A stretch of 64,000 nt of DNA from Rickettsiales bacterium (GTDB taxonomy: Bacteria; Pseudomonadota; Alphaproteobacteria; UBA8366): assembly GCA_038131165.1 (NCBI GenBank), contig JAYPOZ010000003.1, forward strand, positions 26,678-90,677, written 5' to 3'. Numbering within the stretch: the stretch's first letter is position 1; each line of letters opens with the position of its first letter. Shown here piece by piece: positions 42,320 through 52,932 of the stretch. The notes beneath the pieces are model-generated. The model was not told where the DNA came from. It did not search any database and was given only the letters and a program-made list of their open reading frames with translations. Both the position numbers and the translations under genes were made by a program.

Positions 42320-43894
42320 CTAGAGAGATTTCGCGCGCCGGCTTAGAAAGACCGCAACCACAACGGCCATTCCAAGCAAGATAGCGAAAATCCAATCGCC
42401 ATACCGAGCGTAAGGCGGCGCGTCCGCAAGCGCATCAGGCAAACGGATATCCAGAAATCCCACCTCATCGAGAGGAATAATACCCACGACCCGGCCATAA
42501 GGGTCGACCGCGCCCGAAATGCCGGTGTAAGCGGCCCGAACGACCGGCAGGCCTTCCTCGACCGCGCGCACACGCGCATTGGCGAAGTGTTGGTGCGGGC
42601 CCGCGGTTGCACCATACCAAGCGTCGTTGGTCAAATTGAGGATCACGCCCGGTCGATCCAGCGCGTCTACAACATGCCCGGGAAAGATGATTTCGTAGCA
42701 AACCAACAGACTGGCGGGCGGCAGACCCCGCAGTCGAAGCGTGCGGACGCCCGGCCCCGGAGCATATCCCAGCGCGCCCTGCGTTATTTTCTCGATCGGG
42801 AGGAGAGAAGCCAGCGGCACATATTCGCCGAACGGCACGAGGTGCGCTTTATCGTAATGACCGACAATCGCGCCGTCCGTGTCCAGAGCCAGAATGGCAT
42901 TGTGCGCGGGGGCGCCGCGCGCCTCCCGACGCGGGGCGCCAGTGAGCAGCAATCCGCCCTCGGGCACCACCCGCGCGAGCGCGCGCCGGGCGTCCTCATC
43001 CTCGGCCAAATAGAGAGTCGCCGCCATTTCGGGCCATACCACATGGGTCACCCAATCCGGACGATCTTGCAGGCTGAGCCGGTAATGCAAACCGATATTG
43101 CGCGACCGAAACTGGCGCGCCCATTTCTCGCGCTGCGGAATATTTGCCTGAACCAGGCGTATGCCGGTATCCGCAACCGTTGTCATCGGCCCCGCCGGGA
43201 GCCGCCATTCGCCGGCAATCCAGTGACCCGCAATCAGCGACACCGTCAACCCGATCGCGACCCAGCGTTGACGGGACGGCCCGCGAGCCGCCACAGCCGG
43301 CAGAACCGCCGCGACCAAAGCCACGATACCCGTGCCGTAAATGCCATAATAGGCAGCGGATTGAAGCAAGGGATCGATGCCGGACCATGTATGCCCGAAG
43401 AGATTCCAAGGCAGGCCGGTTAGAATATGTCCGCGCAGCCAATCGGCCGCCGCCAGCGCGGCCGCGAGCGCCAACGCGGTCGCCAATCTTCCCGTTGCGT
43501 AGGAGGCGCAAAGAGTCGCCGCGCCGATAAAGGTCGCGAGAAAGGCCGGCAGGCCAAGCGCGGCAAAGGGCAACATCCAGGCATGTTGGTCCGAGAACAC
43601 CAACAAGGCATTGCCGATCCAATAAAGACCGACCGCGAAATAGCCGAATCCAAACCACCAGCCGAGCAGGAAGGCCGTCCGCGGCCGAGCACAACAACCA
43701 CCCAGCAGCCAAACAAGCGCGGTGAGCGCGAGAATAAACATTGGCAGAAAATCGACGGGGGGCAGAGCGAGGGTCGCAAAGGCGCCGAGAACCACCGCGC
43801 AAACGGCGCGGCGCCAGCCAGCCAGGCCCTGCAGGCAAGCCGCAACCCCATCAAGGGTGGTCCATAAGCCGGACACCGGACTATGTGCTATCAA
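42320..43894 (-). CDS. lnt: Apolipoprotein N-acyltransferase
   Basis: 524 aa. Polytopic N-terminal half and a C-terminal CN-hydrolase domain (VWPE, LVCYEIIFP). Confidence 0.9.
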   Translation of the reverse strand: MIAHSPVSGLWTTLDGVAACLQGLAGWRRAVCAVVLGAFATLALPPVDFLPMFILALTALVWLLGGCCARPRTAFLLGWWFGFGYFAVGLYWIGNALLVFSDQHAWMLPFAALGLPAFLATFIGAATLCASYATGRLATALALAAALAAADWLRGHILTGLPWNLFGHTWSGIDPLLQSAAYYGIYGTGIVALVAAVLPAVAARGPSRQRWVAIGLTVSLIAGHWIAGEWRLPAGPMTTVADTGIRLVQANIPQREKWARQFRSRNIGLHYRLSLQDRPDWVTHVVWPEMAATLYLAEDEDARRALARVVPEGGLLLTGAPRREARGAPAHNAILALDTDGAIVGHYDKAHLVPFGEYVPLASLLPIEKITQGALGYAPGPGVRTLRLRGLPPASLLVCYEIIFPGHVVDALDRPGVILNLTNDAWYGATAGPHQHFANARVRAVEEGLPVVRAAYTGISGAVDPYGRVVGIIPLDEVGFLDIRLPDALADAPPYARYGDWIFAILLGMAVVVAVFLSRRAKSL

Positions 43895-44807
43895 GATCGT
43901 CTTGCGGCGGCAGGCTGCAGACTCTCACCCGTCGAATGCGGCGGGCATCGGCGTCGATTATTTCGAACTCCACCCCGGATTCTTCGTGCAATATCACCTC
44001 GCCGCGCGTCGGGACCCTTCCGGCCAGGTTAAAGATGAGCCCGCCGACCGTATCGGAACCTTCTTCTCGTTCTTCATCGGTGAGAATTTTTCCGACCGTC
44101 GTCTCAAATTCGCCGAGGCTCAAACGCGCATCGATATCGAGCGACCCATCCGGCCGGGCCGTTAACAGCGGCCCCTCATCGACATCGTGCTCGTCTTCGA
44201 TCTCGCCCACAATCTGCTCGACCAAATCCTCGATTGTCGTCAGACCGTCGATCCCGCCAAATTCGTCGACCACCAGTGCCATGTGAGTACGGTCCATCCG
44301 CATCTGCAGCAGCAGGTCGAGTACGCGCATGCTCGGCGCGACAAAAAGAGTCTTGCGGAGGATCTTCCCAATATCGAACGGATCTTCCGATGCCATCGAC
44401 GCCATCAAGTCTTTGATGTGAATCATGCCCAGCACGTCGTCCAAATTTCCCCGGTACACCGGCATCCGGGAATGGGCTTCTTCGGCAATGAGAGTGAGCA
44501 AATCACTCCGGCTAATGGTCACATCGACGGCAACGATGTCGGCGCGCGGTATCATCACGTCAGCGACCGTCAAAGCACCGACCGTGAGGACCTTGTCGAG
44601 CATCGCGCGGGCGACAGGATCGACCGGCGGCTCGTTCTCTTCGTGCTGTTCAATCAGTTCTTCAAAGGTTTCGCGCAGGCTGGAATCGCCGTTCCGCCCA
44701 TTGCGCATCCCACGGAACAAATTGCGGAAGAACCCGCTTTGTCGCGGACTTTCCGAGGTTTCATTCGCACCGCCCTCTACTGAATCCAAAACCGAATCTC
44801 CGTTCAC
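43881..44807 (-). CDS. corC: CBS-pair / CorC_HlyC domain protein (CorC/YbeX/TlyC family)
   Basis: Tandem CBS domains (VADVMIPRADIVAV, SRMPVY...GMIHIKDL). C-terminal transporter-associated domain. Position in the phoH-ybeY-corC-lnt operon. Confidence 0.8.
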   Translation of the reverse strand: MNGDSVLDSVEGGANETSESPRQSGFFRNLFRGMRNGRNGDSSLRETFEELIEQHEENEPPVDPVARAMLDKVLTVGALTVADVMIPRADIVAVDVTISRSDLLTLIAEEAHSRMPVYRGNLDDVLGMIHIKDLMASMASEDPFDIGKILRKTLFVAPSMRVLDLLLQMRMDRTHMALVVDEFGGIDGLTTIEDLVEQIVGEIEDEHDVDEGPLLTARPDGSLDIDARLSLGEFETTVGKILTDEEREEGSDTVGGLIFNLAGRVPTRGEVILHEESGVEFEIIDADARRIRRVRVCSLPPQDDLDST

Positions 44808-44813
44808 CGCCCT

Positions 44814-45308
44814 CTACTCCGCTGCGTCGGCAGATATCTGATAGGGATTCGAATAGCCAAGATGCTTCAGCGCCCTGACCTCGAGGGCCTCCATCTCGGC
44901 AGCCTCTCTTGCCGTCCCGTGATCATGGCCGAGCAAATGCAAAATGCCGTGCACCGCCAAATGAGACACATGTGCCTCAATGGATTTGGAGTCGCGCGCC
45001 GCCTCGCTCAAGAGTGTCTCAAGGGAAAGGACGACGTCGCCCAGATGAACCGGCCCGTCGGGACACACCGCCTCGCCCATCGGGAAAGCCAAAACGTTGG
45101 TCGCGCTGTCCTGACCTCGGTGCGCGTTATTCAAGCGGCGCATCCGCGCATCGTCGCTCAAGACAACACTAACCTCGGCGGGTCCGTCAAATCCGGCCAA
45201 TTGCCACGCGGCGTCCAGGGCGCGCCGCAATAAAAGCTCGATTTCCGGTATCCGGCGGCGCCAATCTTCCGTTTCGACAGAGAGCTCATAAGTGAGTTCC
45301 GCAGTCAT
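44814..45308 (-). CDS. ybeY: Endoribonuclease YbeY (rRNA maturation)
   Basis: Zinc motif HGILHLLGHDH. Confidence 0.92.
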   Translation of the reverse strand: MTAELTYELSVETEDWRRRIPEIELLLRRALDAAWQLAGFDGPAEVSVVLSDDARMRRLNNAHRGQDSATNVLAFPMGEAVCPDGPVHLGDVVLSLETLLSEAARDSKSIEAHVSHLAVHGILHLLGHDHGTAREAAEMEALEVRALKHLGYSNPYQISADAAE

Positions 45309-46294
45309 TGCTTGACTGAATCCTGGCTCGACGGAGAATGCGCATCATAGGCGCGCACAATTCTGGCCACGAGATCATGGCGTACGACGTCCGCATCGGT
45401 GAAGCGGATGAAATGCGCACCCTCCACGTCCTTCAGAATCTCGACGGCATCGGTGAGGCCCGAGCGATAGCCGGAAGGCAAGTCCACCTGGCTCAAGTCG
45501 CCAGTCACAACCATCCGGCTGTTCTCCCCAAGACGCGTCAGAAACATCTTCATCTGCATCGGCGTCGTGTTCTGTGCCTCGTCCAAGATCACAAACGCGT
45601 TCGACAGCGTCCGGCCGCGCATAAAAGCAAGCGGTGCAATTTCGATCTCGCCCGAATCCATCCGCCGGGTCACCTGTTCCGCCGGCATTGTGTCGTATAA
45701 AGCGTCATAGAGCGGCCGGAGGTAAGGGTCCACCTTCTCACGCATATCGCCGGGCAGAAAGCCCAGGCGTTCGCCAGCCTCGACCGCCGGGCGCGACAGG
45801 ATGATTCGGTCAACCCGGCCTGTCATGATCATAGCGACGGCCTGACAGACGGCGAGGTAGGTTTTCCCCGTGCCGGCTGGACCAAGACCAAATACCAGAT
45901 CATGGCGTGCAATGGCGCGAATATACCGGGCCTGCATCGGCGAGCGCGGCATGATGCGCTTCTTGCGGGTTTGGATGACCGGTTGATCGTCTCCCCCGAG
46001 ATCAAGCCCACCAGCCGCCATTCTAATCGCCGCATCGACATCGGCTGCGTCGACCGACTGCCCGTTCGTGAGTTTCCGGTATAGCGCGCTCAACGCGGAA
46101 CGCGCGATATCCGCGGAATCATTTGGCCCCATAATTGCCAAATGATTGCCGCGACTGATCAGGGAAACGCCAAGACGGTTTTCGATCTGCGCGAGATGCT
46201 TATCGTGTTCGCCGTATAGGAGCGGCAGGAGCCGGTTGTCCTCGAAATTGACATGCAGGCCGTCTCCCTGCTCTGACCCCGTCAGCGAACTCAA
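45305..46294 (-). CDS. phoH: PhoH-like ATPase (YbeZ)
   Basis: Walker [13 protein letters not shown] and FVILDEAQN. Four-nt overlaps with both miaB and ybeY. Confidence 0.9.
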   Translation of the reverse strand: MSSLTGSEQGDGLHVNFEDNRLLPLLYGEHDKHLAQIENRLGVSLISRGNHLAIMGPNDSADIARSALSALYRKLTNGQSVDAADVDAAIRMAAGGLDLGGDDQPVIQTRKKRIMPRSPMQARYIRAIARHDLVFGLGPAGTGKTYLAVCQAVAMIMTGRVDRIILSRPAVEAGERLGFLPGDMREKVDPYLRPLYDALYDTMPAEQVTRRMDSGEIEIAPLAFMRGRTLSNAFVILDEAQNTTPMQMKMFLTRLGENSRMVVTGDLSQVDLPSGYRSGLTDAVEILKDVEGAHFIRFTDADVVRHDLVARIVRAYDAHSPSSQDSVKQ

Positions 46295-47670
46295 ACGCTG
46301 GCCCTCCGCAATGCCGGCTCGCCCGCCTCAGGCAGGGCAAGCTTACCGCGTAAACTATTCGTCATGATCTCGGCGATACAGACATCGGCAACATATCCGA
46401 CGCGGTGATCCGGCCCATCGAAATGAACAGGCTGCAAATAGGGCGAACGGCCGAGTAATTGCCCGGGCTGACGGCCCGATCCTTCGATGAGAACCGGCAA
46501 GGTCCTGCCCAACTGAGCATGATTGAAAGCGTCCTGTTGCGCCCGCAACAATTGCTGCAGACTTTCCAAACGGTCGCGTTTCACCTCTTCCGGCACCTGG
46601 TCGGAGATTGCCGCAGCGGGAGTGCCCGGTCTCGGACTATATTTAAACGAAAACGCCTGGCTGAAGCCGATGTCGTTGACCAGACGCAGGGTCGCGGCGA
46701 ATTCGGCGTCCGTCTCGCCGGGAAACCCGACGATAAAATCGGAGGACAGCGCCAGTTCGGGTTGGACGGTGCGCAGGCGTTCGATCAGGGAGCGATACTC
46801 ATCGGCGGTATGGCGGCGGTTCATCGCCGCCAATATGCGGTCCGAGCCAGATTGCACCGGCAAATGCAGGAACGGCATGAGTTGAGGGACATCCCGGTGC
46901 GTTTCGATCAAGGCATCGTCCATGTCGCGCGGATGGCTGGTCGTGTAGCGGATGCGGTGCAGGCCGTCGATCTCCGCCAGAACTCGGATCAAGCGCCCCA
47001 GACCCCAATCTTTTCCATCGGACCCGGTCCCGTGATAGGCGTTTACGTTCTGGCCCAGGAGCGTGATCTCCCGGCTGCCCGCCGCCACGAGCCGGCGCGC
47101 CTCGGCGACGACCGCGCTCACGGGGCGCGACTGCTCCGCACCCCGCGTATACGGCACCACGCAGAAGGTGCAGAAGCGGTCGCATCCTTCCTGGATCGAC
47201 AGGAAGGCGGAGACGCCTTGCGGGGCGGCTTCCTCCGGCAGGTGATCGAACTTATCTTCGGCCGGGAATTCGATATCGATCACCGGACCCGATCTGCCCG
47301 CTGCCACGTCTTCGACCATCTCGGGAAGTCGGTGATAGGTCTGCGGACCGAGCACGATATCCACATACGGCGCCCGAGACAGAATCTCGTCGCCTTCAGC
47401 CTGTGCGACACAGCCGGCGACCGCAATCAACATCTTGCCGCCGCCCGCTTGAAGTTTCTCTTCCTGCAACAAGCGCAGACGGCCCAGTTCGGAATACACC
47501 TTTTCCGCCGCCTTTTCGCGAATGTGACAGGTATTCAGGACGACCATGTCGGCATCGTCGACGGAATCCGCCGGCAAATAGCCGGAAGGCGCCAACGAAT
47601 CCGCCATGCGCGCGGAATCGTAGACATTCATCTGGCAACCGAATGTCTTGATAAAGAGCTTCTTACCCAA
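46291..47670 (-). CDS. miaB: tRNA-2-methylthio-N6-dimethylallyladenosine synthase MiaB
   Basis: TTG start. [12 protein letters not shown], radical-SAM [12 protein letters not shown]-terminal TRAM domain. Confidence 0.92.
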   Translation of the reverse strand: MGKKLFIKTFGCQMNVYDSARMADSLAPSGYLPADSVDDADMVVLNTCHIREKAAEKVYSELGRLRLLQEEKLQAGGGKMLIAVAGCVAQAEGDEILSRAPYVDIVLGPQTYHRLPEMVEDVAAGRSGPVIDIEFPAEDKFDHLPEEAAPQGVSAFLSIQEGCDRFCTFCVVPYTRGAEQSRPVSAVVAEARRLVAAGSREITLLGQNVNAYHGTGSDGKDWGLGRLIRVLAEIDGLHRIRYTTSHPRDMDDALIETHRDVPQLMPFLHLPVQSGSDRILAAMNRRHTADEYRSLIERLRTVQPELALSSDFIVGFPGETDAEFAATLRLVNDIGFSQAFSFKYSPRPGTPAAAISDQVPEEVKRDRLESLQQLLRAQQDAFNHAQLGRTLPVLIEGSGRQPGQLLGRSPYLQPVHFDGPDHRVGYVADVCIAEIMTNSLRGKLALPEAGEPALRRASV

Positions 47671-47791
47671 CGTCAGACGCTCACGGGGCCGACGCTGGCA
47701 CTTGCCCTAGGGTTCATCGATGAAATAAGCGCTGGACGCCAATAGTTTCAACAATCTTGACTGCCACCCTAACACCCGAACGCTATGGTAT

Positions 47792-48622
47792 TCAAGCGGT
47801 CGAAGTGCCGGAAAGCGCGAGTGTCGACACCGGGGATCGGGACGGTTTCCCGGATATCGCGTCGGAAAAGCCACGGACGATCGTCCGTTCGCAATGCCGC
47901 GACAATTCCTTGCGCGACGTAAAGTCTTCCAAAGTGACCGGATCATGAATGACGATATCGACCCGGAACCGGCCGTATCCAAGCAGGCACCAAAAATGCG
48001 AGGCAAAGTCCATGTCGCCATACCACGCGTACAGCGGCCGCAGATGACGGCCGAGCGGCACGCCGTCGAGACGCGTGTAGGCGACTGAAATCGGTTGCAC
48101 CGGAACGGCCCGGCCGTCCACCTTCAGCTCCGCCGCGCCGAACAAAGTGCTCTTGAACGGCAGAATCGAATTGCCGTCGCTGCTGGTCCCTTCCGGGAAG
48201 AGAATCAGCCGATCTCCGCCAGCCAGCCGGTCCGCCAATTCCAACATCTGCTGGCGCGCATAACGGGGCCGTCGCTCCACATAAATGGTGCGTTGCAACG
48301 TCGACAAATAGCCGAAAATCGGCCAATCGCGGACATCGGCGCGCGAGACGAAACACGCATCGACAACCGAGCCCAGCGCCGTGACGTCCAAGTAGGAAAT
48401 ATGATTGGCGACAAACAGCGCCGGACCTTCGATGAGCGGCTTCCCGGAAACCGTGACTTCCATCCCCAGAATTCGCCGGCACATGCGATGCCAGAGCGGT
48501 GGCAGCCATTTCGATGCCCTGAGACCGAATGCTAAAGCCGGGCGCTGGGTCACGACGATAAACGCCGCCAAACCAAGCAGACCAAGAGCCCGCAGCGACG
48601 CCAGAGTGATCGATCTTTTCAT
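47792..48622 (-). CDS. plsC: 1-acyl-sn-glycerol-3-phosphate acyltransferase family protein
   Basis: HX4D motif NHISYLD and the FPEGTSS motif. N-terminal membrane anchor. Confidence 0.8.
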   Translation of the reverse strand: MKRSITLASLRALGLLGLAAFIVVTQRPALAFGLRASKWLPPLWHRMCRRILGMEVTVSGKPLIEGPALFVANHISYLDVTALGSVVDACFVSRADVRDWPIFGYLSTLQRTIYVERRPRYARQQMLELADRLAGGDRLILFPEGTSSDGNSILPFKSTLFGAAELKVDGRAVPVQPISVAYTRLDGVPLGRHLRPLYAWYGDMDFASHFWCLLGYGRFRVDIVIHDPVTLEDFTSRKELSRHCERTIVRGFSDAISGKPSRSPVSTLALSGTSTA

Positions 48623-48904
48623 TCCGCTGGGCGATCCCTCTACTTTTCCGGCCTACCGAGCCAAGGATGCGCATTATACCGCTCAACCAGGAAAAAGCCG
48701 TCGGTGGTACCGAAGTGATAATCGGATATTCGTTCTATCGCAAGTGATGCCCGATCGCCCGTATGAGGGATCGTACTGCAAAAATCGCCGCACGGGGCGC
48801 CGCGCCTTAAACCAGATAACCGCCTTTCCGTGTCCGGTTCGCAGACCTCGTTCTTGGGCGGATCGTTTCAGTCGGACGTTGCGTAAATGACGGGAATCTA
48901 CGAT

Positions 48905-49336
48905 CTATTTTGCGCTTTTATCGCGCTTCAGGGGCACGGCATAGAGCTCGAGTTTATGATCGACAAGGCGATAGCCAAGTTCTTCAGCCACCTCTCGCTG
49001 CAGTTGTTCGATTTTCAGATTCGTGAATTCGATCACATCTCCGCTTTCGATGTCGATCAGATGGTCGTGATGATCTTCCGACGCTTCTTCATAGCGTGAA
49101 CGCCCATCGCCAAAATCATGCCGATCCAGGATGCTCGCCTCCTCGAAAAGGCGGACGGTCCGATACACCGTGGCGATGCTGATCTTCGAGTCGATTGCCG
49201 TCGCCCGTTGATAGAGGAGCTCGACATCCGGGTGGTCGTCCGATTCGGACAGGACACGCGCGATTACCCGCCGCTGTCCGGTCATCTTCAGTCCCTTTTC
49301 CGAACAAAGGCGTTCGATGCGTTGGGAATCCGCCAT
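48905..49336 (-). CDS. fur: Fur-family metalloregulator (Fur/Mur)
   Basis: GLKMTGQRRVIARVL...ATVYRTVRLFEEASIL...HHDHLIDIESG. 143 aa, with an HHDH metal site. Confidence 0.85.
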   Translation of the reverse strand: MADSQRIERLCSEKGLKMTGQRRVIARVLSESDDHPDVELLYQRATAIDSKISIATVYRTVRLFEEASILDRHDFGDGRSRYEEASEDHHDHLIDIESGDVIEFTNLKIEQLQREVAEELGYRLVDHKLELYAVPLKRDKSAK

Positions 49337-49401
49337 CCGTCATCTCCCGTCAGATGCGATATTCCGCGCTGCTTGCCCGACGAATTGATCGAATAGTTCG
49401 C

Positions 49402-49830
49402 TCAGCCTGCGCGGCGGCGCGATCTTGTTCCGAGGCCAATTTCTTTCGCCAATTTGCTGCGCTGCTTTGCGTAATTCGGCGAGACCATGGGATAATCCGG
49501 CGGCAATCCCCAGCGTTCCCGATATTCTTCAGGTGTCAGGTTATACGCTGTTTTCAAATGCCGTTTCAGCATTTTGAGCTTCTTGCCGTCTTCCAGACAA
49601 ATTATGTAGTCGGGGGTCACGGATTGCTTTGCAGGCACAGCCGGAACAGGCCGATCCGCCCTCGCTTCTTGCTCAGAACCGACGCCGGCCAAAGTGCGAT
49701 AGACACGTTCGATCAGGTCCGGCAGGTCGCCGACCGCTACCGTATTATTCGATACGTGAGCTGCGACGATTTCCGACGTTAAACCGAGAAGCTCCTCGCG
49801 ATTGCTGTTGTCTTGCGACGGTTCGGACAT
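49402..49830 (-). CDS. mucR: MucR/Ros-family zinc-finger transcriptional regulator
   Basis: SEIVAAHVSNN...PDYIICLEDGKKLKMLKRHLKTAYNLTPEEYRERWGLPPDYPMVSPNY is the signature Ros/MucR core. Confidence 0.92.
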   Translation of the reverse strand: MSEPSQDNSNREELLGLTSEIVAAHVSNNTVAVGDLPDLIERVYRTLAGVGSEQEARADRPVPAVPAKQSVTPDYIICLEDGKKLKMLKRHLKTAYNLTPEEYRERWGLPPDYPMVSPNYAKQRSKLAKEIGLGTRSRRRAG

Positions 49831-50018
49831 AGTACACTTCCTGTTTCCCGAAGAACCCCAAGTGCTGTCCTCTTGTATGCCGGGACAAATGATAATTTTA
49901 CCATGGGGCCTGTATTCATGCTGTGTTGCCGACTATTACTTAGTAATCGGTTAACTAACACTCTATCAAATGTAAGTTCGACTCAGCAAGACGTTTAGTA
50001 ACGGCTGATTATTAGGAT

Positions 50019-50492
50019 TTATTCCTCTGTCGAGATGTCCCGCGACATGAGAATGGCAGCAATCCGGCGGCGGTCCGCCCGCCGATAATAGTCAGGGCGC
50101 CGTCCGGTGCGTCGAAACCCCAGTTTACGGTAGAGTGCGATCGCCGCGGGATTGTTTTCTCCCACTTCCAAATGCACTACACGCGCACCCACGCTCCCGG
50201 CCCGTGTGAACGTCGCTTCCAGCAGGGCCGTAGCCGCACCCTGACGGCGCGCTTGCGCCAAGGTGCCGATGGTCAAGATCTCGGCTTCGTCCAGAATCGT
50301 ACGGGCGATCACGAAGCCCATGGGCAACGACGTTTCGGCTGCGATGGCAAGCTGGCACCAAGCTCCCGGCGTGCGCAACAGCGACGCCGCGACGGGCTCC
50401 GGATAGGCTTCTTCGAAACTATCGCCATACAGATAGGCAAGCACCGGCATTTCGCCGGCCGAAATATCGCGGACGAGAACGCCGGCGTTCAT
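50019..50492 (-). CDS. rimI: Ribosomal-protein-alanine N-acetyltransferase (GNAT)
   Basis: GNAT acetyl-CoA motif RRQGAATALLE. The start overlaps the tsaB stop by 1 nt (TAATG). Confidence 0.8.
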   Translation of the reverse strand: MNAGVLVRDISAGEMPVLAYLYGDSFEEAYPEPVAASLLRTPGAWCQLAIAAETSLPMGFVIARTILDEAEILTIGTLAQARRQGAATALLEATFTRAGSVGARVVHLEVGENNPAAIALYRKLGFRRTGRRPDYYRRADRRRIAAILMSRDISTEE

Positions 50493-51205
50493 TAAAGGCG
50501 CTTTCGTGGCGGTCCCACATCCGGTGACCGCAAATACAGCGGCGCCGGCGGCACCATTTCGTCGGATTCAAATCGATCCGCTGCGATCGCCGCCACCCAT
50601 CGTGCGTCGGGGTATTCGGGTCCTTCCAGCCGGCGCACGATACATCCCGCCGCCACCAAAGCCTGATGGGCTCGAAGACTGGCATCGCCCGCCACGCCGA
50701 TTGGCCCCGGTGGCATCATCGCCGCCATGCCCGCTGCCTCCGCCGCCGCCGGCGCGGTGATCGCAGCGCCATCCGTGCCGAAAAGCTGAAAGTAAATATC
50801 CGTGCGCTTCGTCTCCAGCGCGATTAGCACGGGGTCCGGCGAGACACGATGCGCGCGCGCCACCGCCTCAAGCGTCGTCACGCCGACCAGCGGCAGGCCG
50901 GCGGCCATCGACAGCGATTGCGCTGTCGACAAGCCGATCCGCACACCGGTAAAGGCACCCGGACCAACCGTCACGCCGAGCAAGTCGAGGTTGTCGAAAC
51001 CAATGCGCGCCTCCGCGAGAACGCCTTCGATCATCGGTATCAGAACTTCTGCCTGCCCGCGCGCCATTTCCTCGAAACGATGCGAGACAATTTCGCCCGC
51101 GACTGAGATGGCCGCCGAACAGGACGCCGTAGCGCAATCGATACCCAGCACGTGGAGACGGCGCGGAACATCTTCGATTCGCCTAGGCGAACGAACAGAT
51201 TTCAT
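50492..51205 (-). CDS. tsaB: tRNA t6A37 biosynthesis protein TsaB (YeaZ)
   Basis: ORF 50492..51310 trimmed to the ATG at 51205 ([25 protein letters not shown]). An in-frame GTG at 51151 (giving MLGIDCA) is an equally plausible start and would remove the 23-nt overlap with the upstream gene. [12 protein letters not shown] motif. Confidence 0.8.
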   Translation of the reverse strand: MKSVRSPRRIEDVPRRLHVLGIDCATASCSAAISVAGEIVSHRFEEMARGQAEVLIPMIEGVLAEARIGFDNLDLLGVTVGPGAFTGVRIGLSTAQSLSMAAGLPLVGVTTLEAVARAHRVSPDPVLIALETKRTDIYFQLFGTDGAAITAPAAAEAAGMAAMMPPGPIGVAGDASLRAHQALVAAGCIVRRLEGPEYPDARWVAAIAADRFESDEMVPPAPLYLRSPDVGPPRKRL

Positions 51206-51764
51206 CGAAATCGAACCGGGGCAACCGGTCGCCAAGGCCACTGTGATCGCCGTACCCGAGACTGCACAGGAAGTTCGACCTGTGAGACGTTCCCGCAAGG
51301 AAGGCCGCATCTACCTGTTCGTTGTCGAAGCCCGACATGGGACCGCAATCGAGGCCGAGAGCGCGGGCGGCCATCATGAGATACGCGCCTTGCAGCGCCG
51401 CGTTCCGAAGCGCCGTTGTCTCGGTCAACGCCGGATTGCCGCTGAACCAGGATTTTGCATCGGCATAGGGGAAGAAGCGGGGCAGGTGTTCGGCAAAATC
51501 AAGATCGTGTGCGACAATAGCCGTCACGGGCGCGGCCATCACCTTCGCCACATTGTTCGACCCAAGACAGTCGGCCAATTTTTCCTTTGCCTCGGCACTG
51601 GTCACAAAGACGATCCGCATCGGAAGGCAATTGGCGCTTGTCGGACCCAGGATCGCCAATTCGTAAATTTGCCGGAGCAGCGCCTCGCTGACCGGCCGAT
51701 CGCTCCATGCGCGTTGCGACCTTGCGGACCTGAACAAGAGGTCCAAACTTTCCTGATCGAGCAT
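51183..51764 (-). CDS. Nitroreductase-family protein (RutE/malonic semialdehyde reductase-like)
   Basis: [16 protein letters not shown]...[11 protein letters not shown]...[19 protein letters not shown]. Confidence 0.8.
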   Translation of the reverse strand: MLDQESLDLLFRSARSQRAWSDRPVSEALLRQIYELAILGPTSANCLPMRIVFVTSAEAKEKLADCLGSNNVAKVMAAPVTAIVAHDLDFAEHLPRFFPYADAKSWFSGNPALTETTALRNAALQGAYLMMAARALGLDCGPMSGFDNEQVDAAFLAGTSHRSNFLCSLGYGDHSGLGDRLPRFDFDEICSFA

Positions 51765-51849
51765 GTCATGCCCCCTTTTCTCGCCGAATGCCGTGCACTT
51801 GTTTCAATAGACTTGTCGCTTCCCGCGCGACAACGCTAATCTGCCTGCC

Positions 51850-52899
51850 GTGAATACGTCCTTGCCGCAATTGGGCGCCGAACGCAACCTTCGGCGTCTC
51901 TTCGTCCCGCTGGCTGCCGCCCTTCTCTGCGGTTTGCTACAGACATCCGTGCACGCCGCCGATTCGGCCGTCATCCTGATGTACCACCGGTTTGGCGAAA
52001 CCGGGCATCCCAGTACCAATATCGCGCTTGAGCAATTTGCCGAGCATCTCGCGGAGCTTGAAGACGAAAAATACACGGTGCTGCCGGTTCCGGAAATTCT
52101 GTCCGCGCTTAAATCCGGCAAACCGCTGCCGGATAACACCATCGGGATCACCATCGACGATGCATTTCGATCGGTCTACACCGAAGCTTATCCAAGATTG
52201 AAGAAGCGGAGGTTGCCGTTCACGCTCTTCATCGCGACAGAACCGGTCGACAAACGGCTGCCCGATTATATGACTTGGGATCAGGTCCGGGAGTTACGGG
52301 ATAACGGCGTCGTCATCGGTAGCCAAACCCATTCCCATCTGCACATGGCACTTCAAGGCGGGCCGGCCAGCCGGCGGGACCTGACGGAGTCTAACGCGCG
52401 GTTTCAGGCGGAACTCGGCAGCGTTCCAAAGCTGCTGGCCTATCCCTATGGCGAAGCCAGCCTCGACGTCATGGACGTCGCCCGTGATTTGGGATTCGAC
52501 TTTGCGTTCGGTCAGCATTCCGGCGTCCTTCATCGCACCAGCAATTCATATTTCCTGCCGCGTTTTGCCTTCAATGAGGATTATGGCAGCGTTTCCCGCT
52601 TTCGTTTGGTGGCGAATGCATTGCCGTTGCCGGTCGACGACCTCGCCCCGAGAGACCCTCTCCTGACCGAGAACCCGCCAGCGTTTGGTTTCACCGTCGC
52701 CGAAACAATCGACAACCTTGGTCGGCTGAGTTGCTATCATTCAAAACACGGCAAGGTGCGCCTGGAAAGGTTGGGCCAACATCGGGTCGAGGTGAGATTC
52801 CCGGGCCCTTTCGATACAGGCCGCTCGCGCTTGAACTGCACCTTACCGGGTCCGGAAGATCGTTGGCGATGGTTCGGGCTGCAATTCTACGTCAAATAG
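51850..52899 (+). CDS. Secreted polysaccharide deacetylase (NodB homology domain)
   Basis: GTG start with a signal peptide. ILMYHRF...GITIDDAFRSVYTEAYP...FTLFIATE...SHSHLH. Confidence 0.8.
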   Translation: MNTSLPQLGAERNLRRLFVPLAAALLCGLLQTSVHAADSAVILMYHRFGETGHPSTNIALEQFAEHLAELEDEKYTVLPVPEILSALKSGKPLPDNTIGITIDDAFRSVYTEAYPRLKKRRLPFTLFIATEPVDKRLPDYMTWDQVRELRDNGVVIGSQTHSHLHMALQGGPASRRDLTESNARFQAELGSVPKLLAYPYGEASLDVMDVARDLGFDFAFGQHSGVLHRTSNSYFLPRFAFNEDYGSVSRFRLVANALPLPVDDLAPRDPLLTENPPAFGFTVAETIDNLGRLSCYHSKHGKVRLERLGQHRVEVRFPGPFDTGRSRLNCTLPGPEDRWRWFGLQFYVK

Positions 52900-52932
52900 A
52901 GACTGTACGGTACTGCAGGGCCGCCGGGCCGA

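Noticed and set aside
48716-48740. GATAAT-containing stretch (GTGATAATCGGATATTCGTTCTATC) as a possible Fur box downstream of fur
   Set aside because: Only about 9 of 19 positions match GATAATGATAATCATTATC, and the dyad symmetry is missing.
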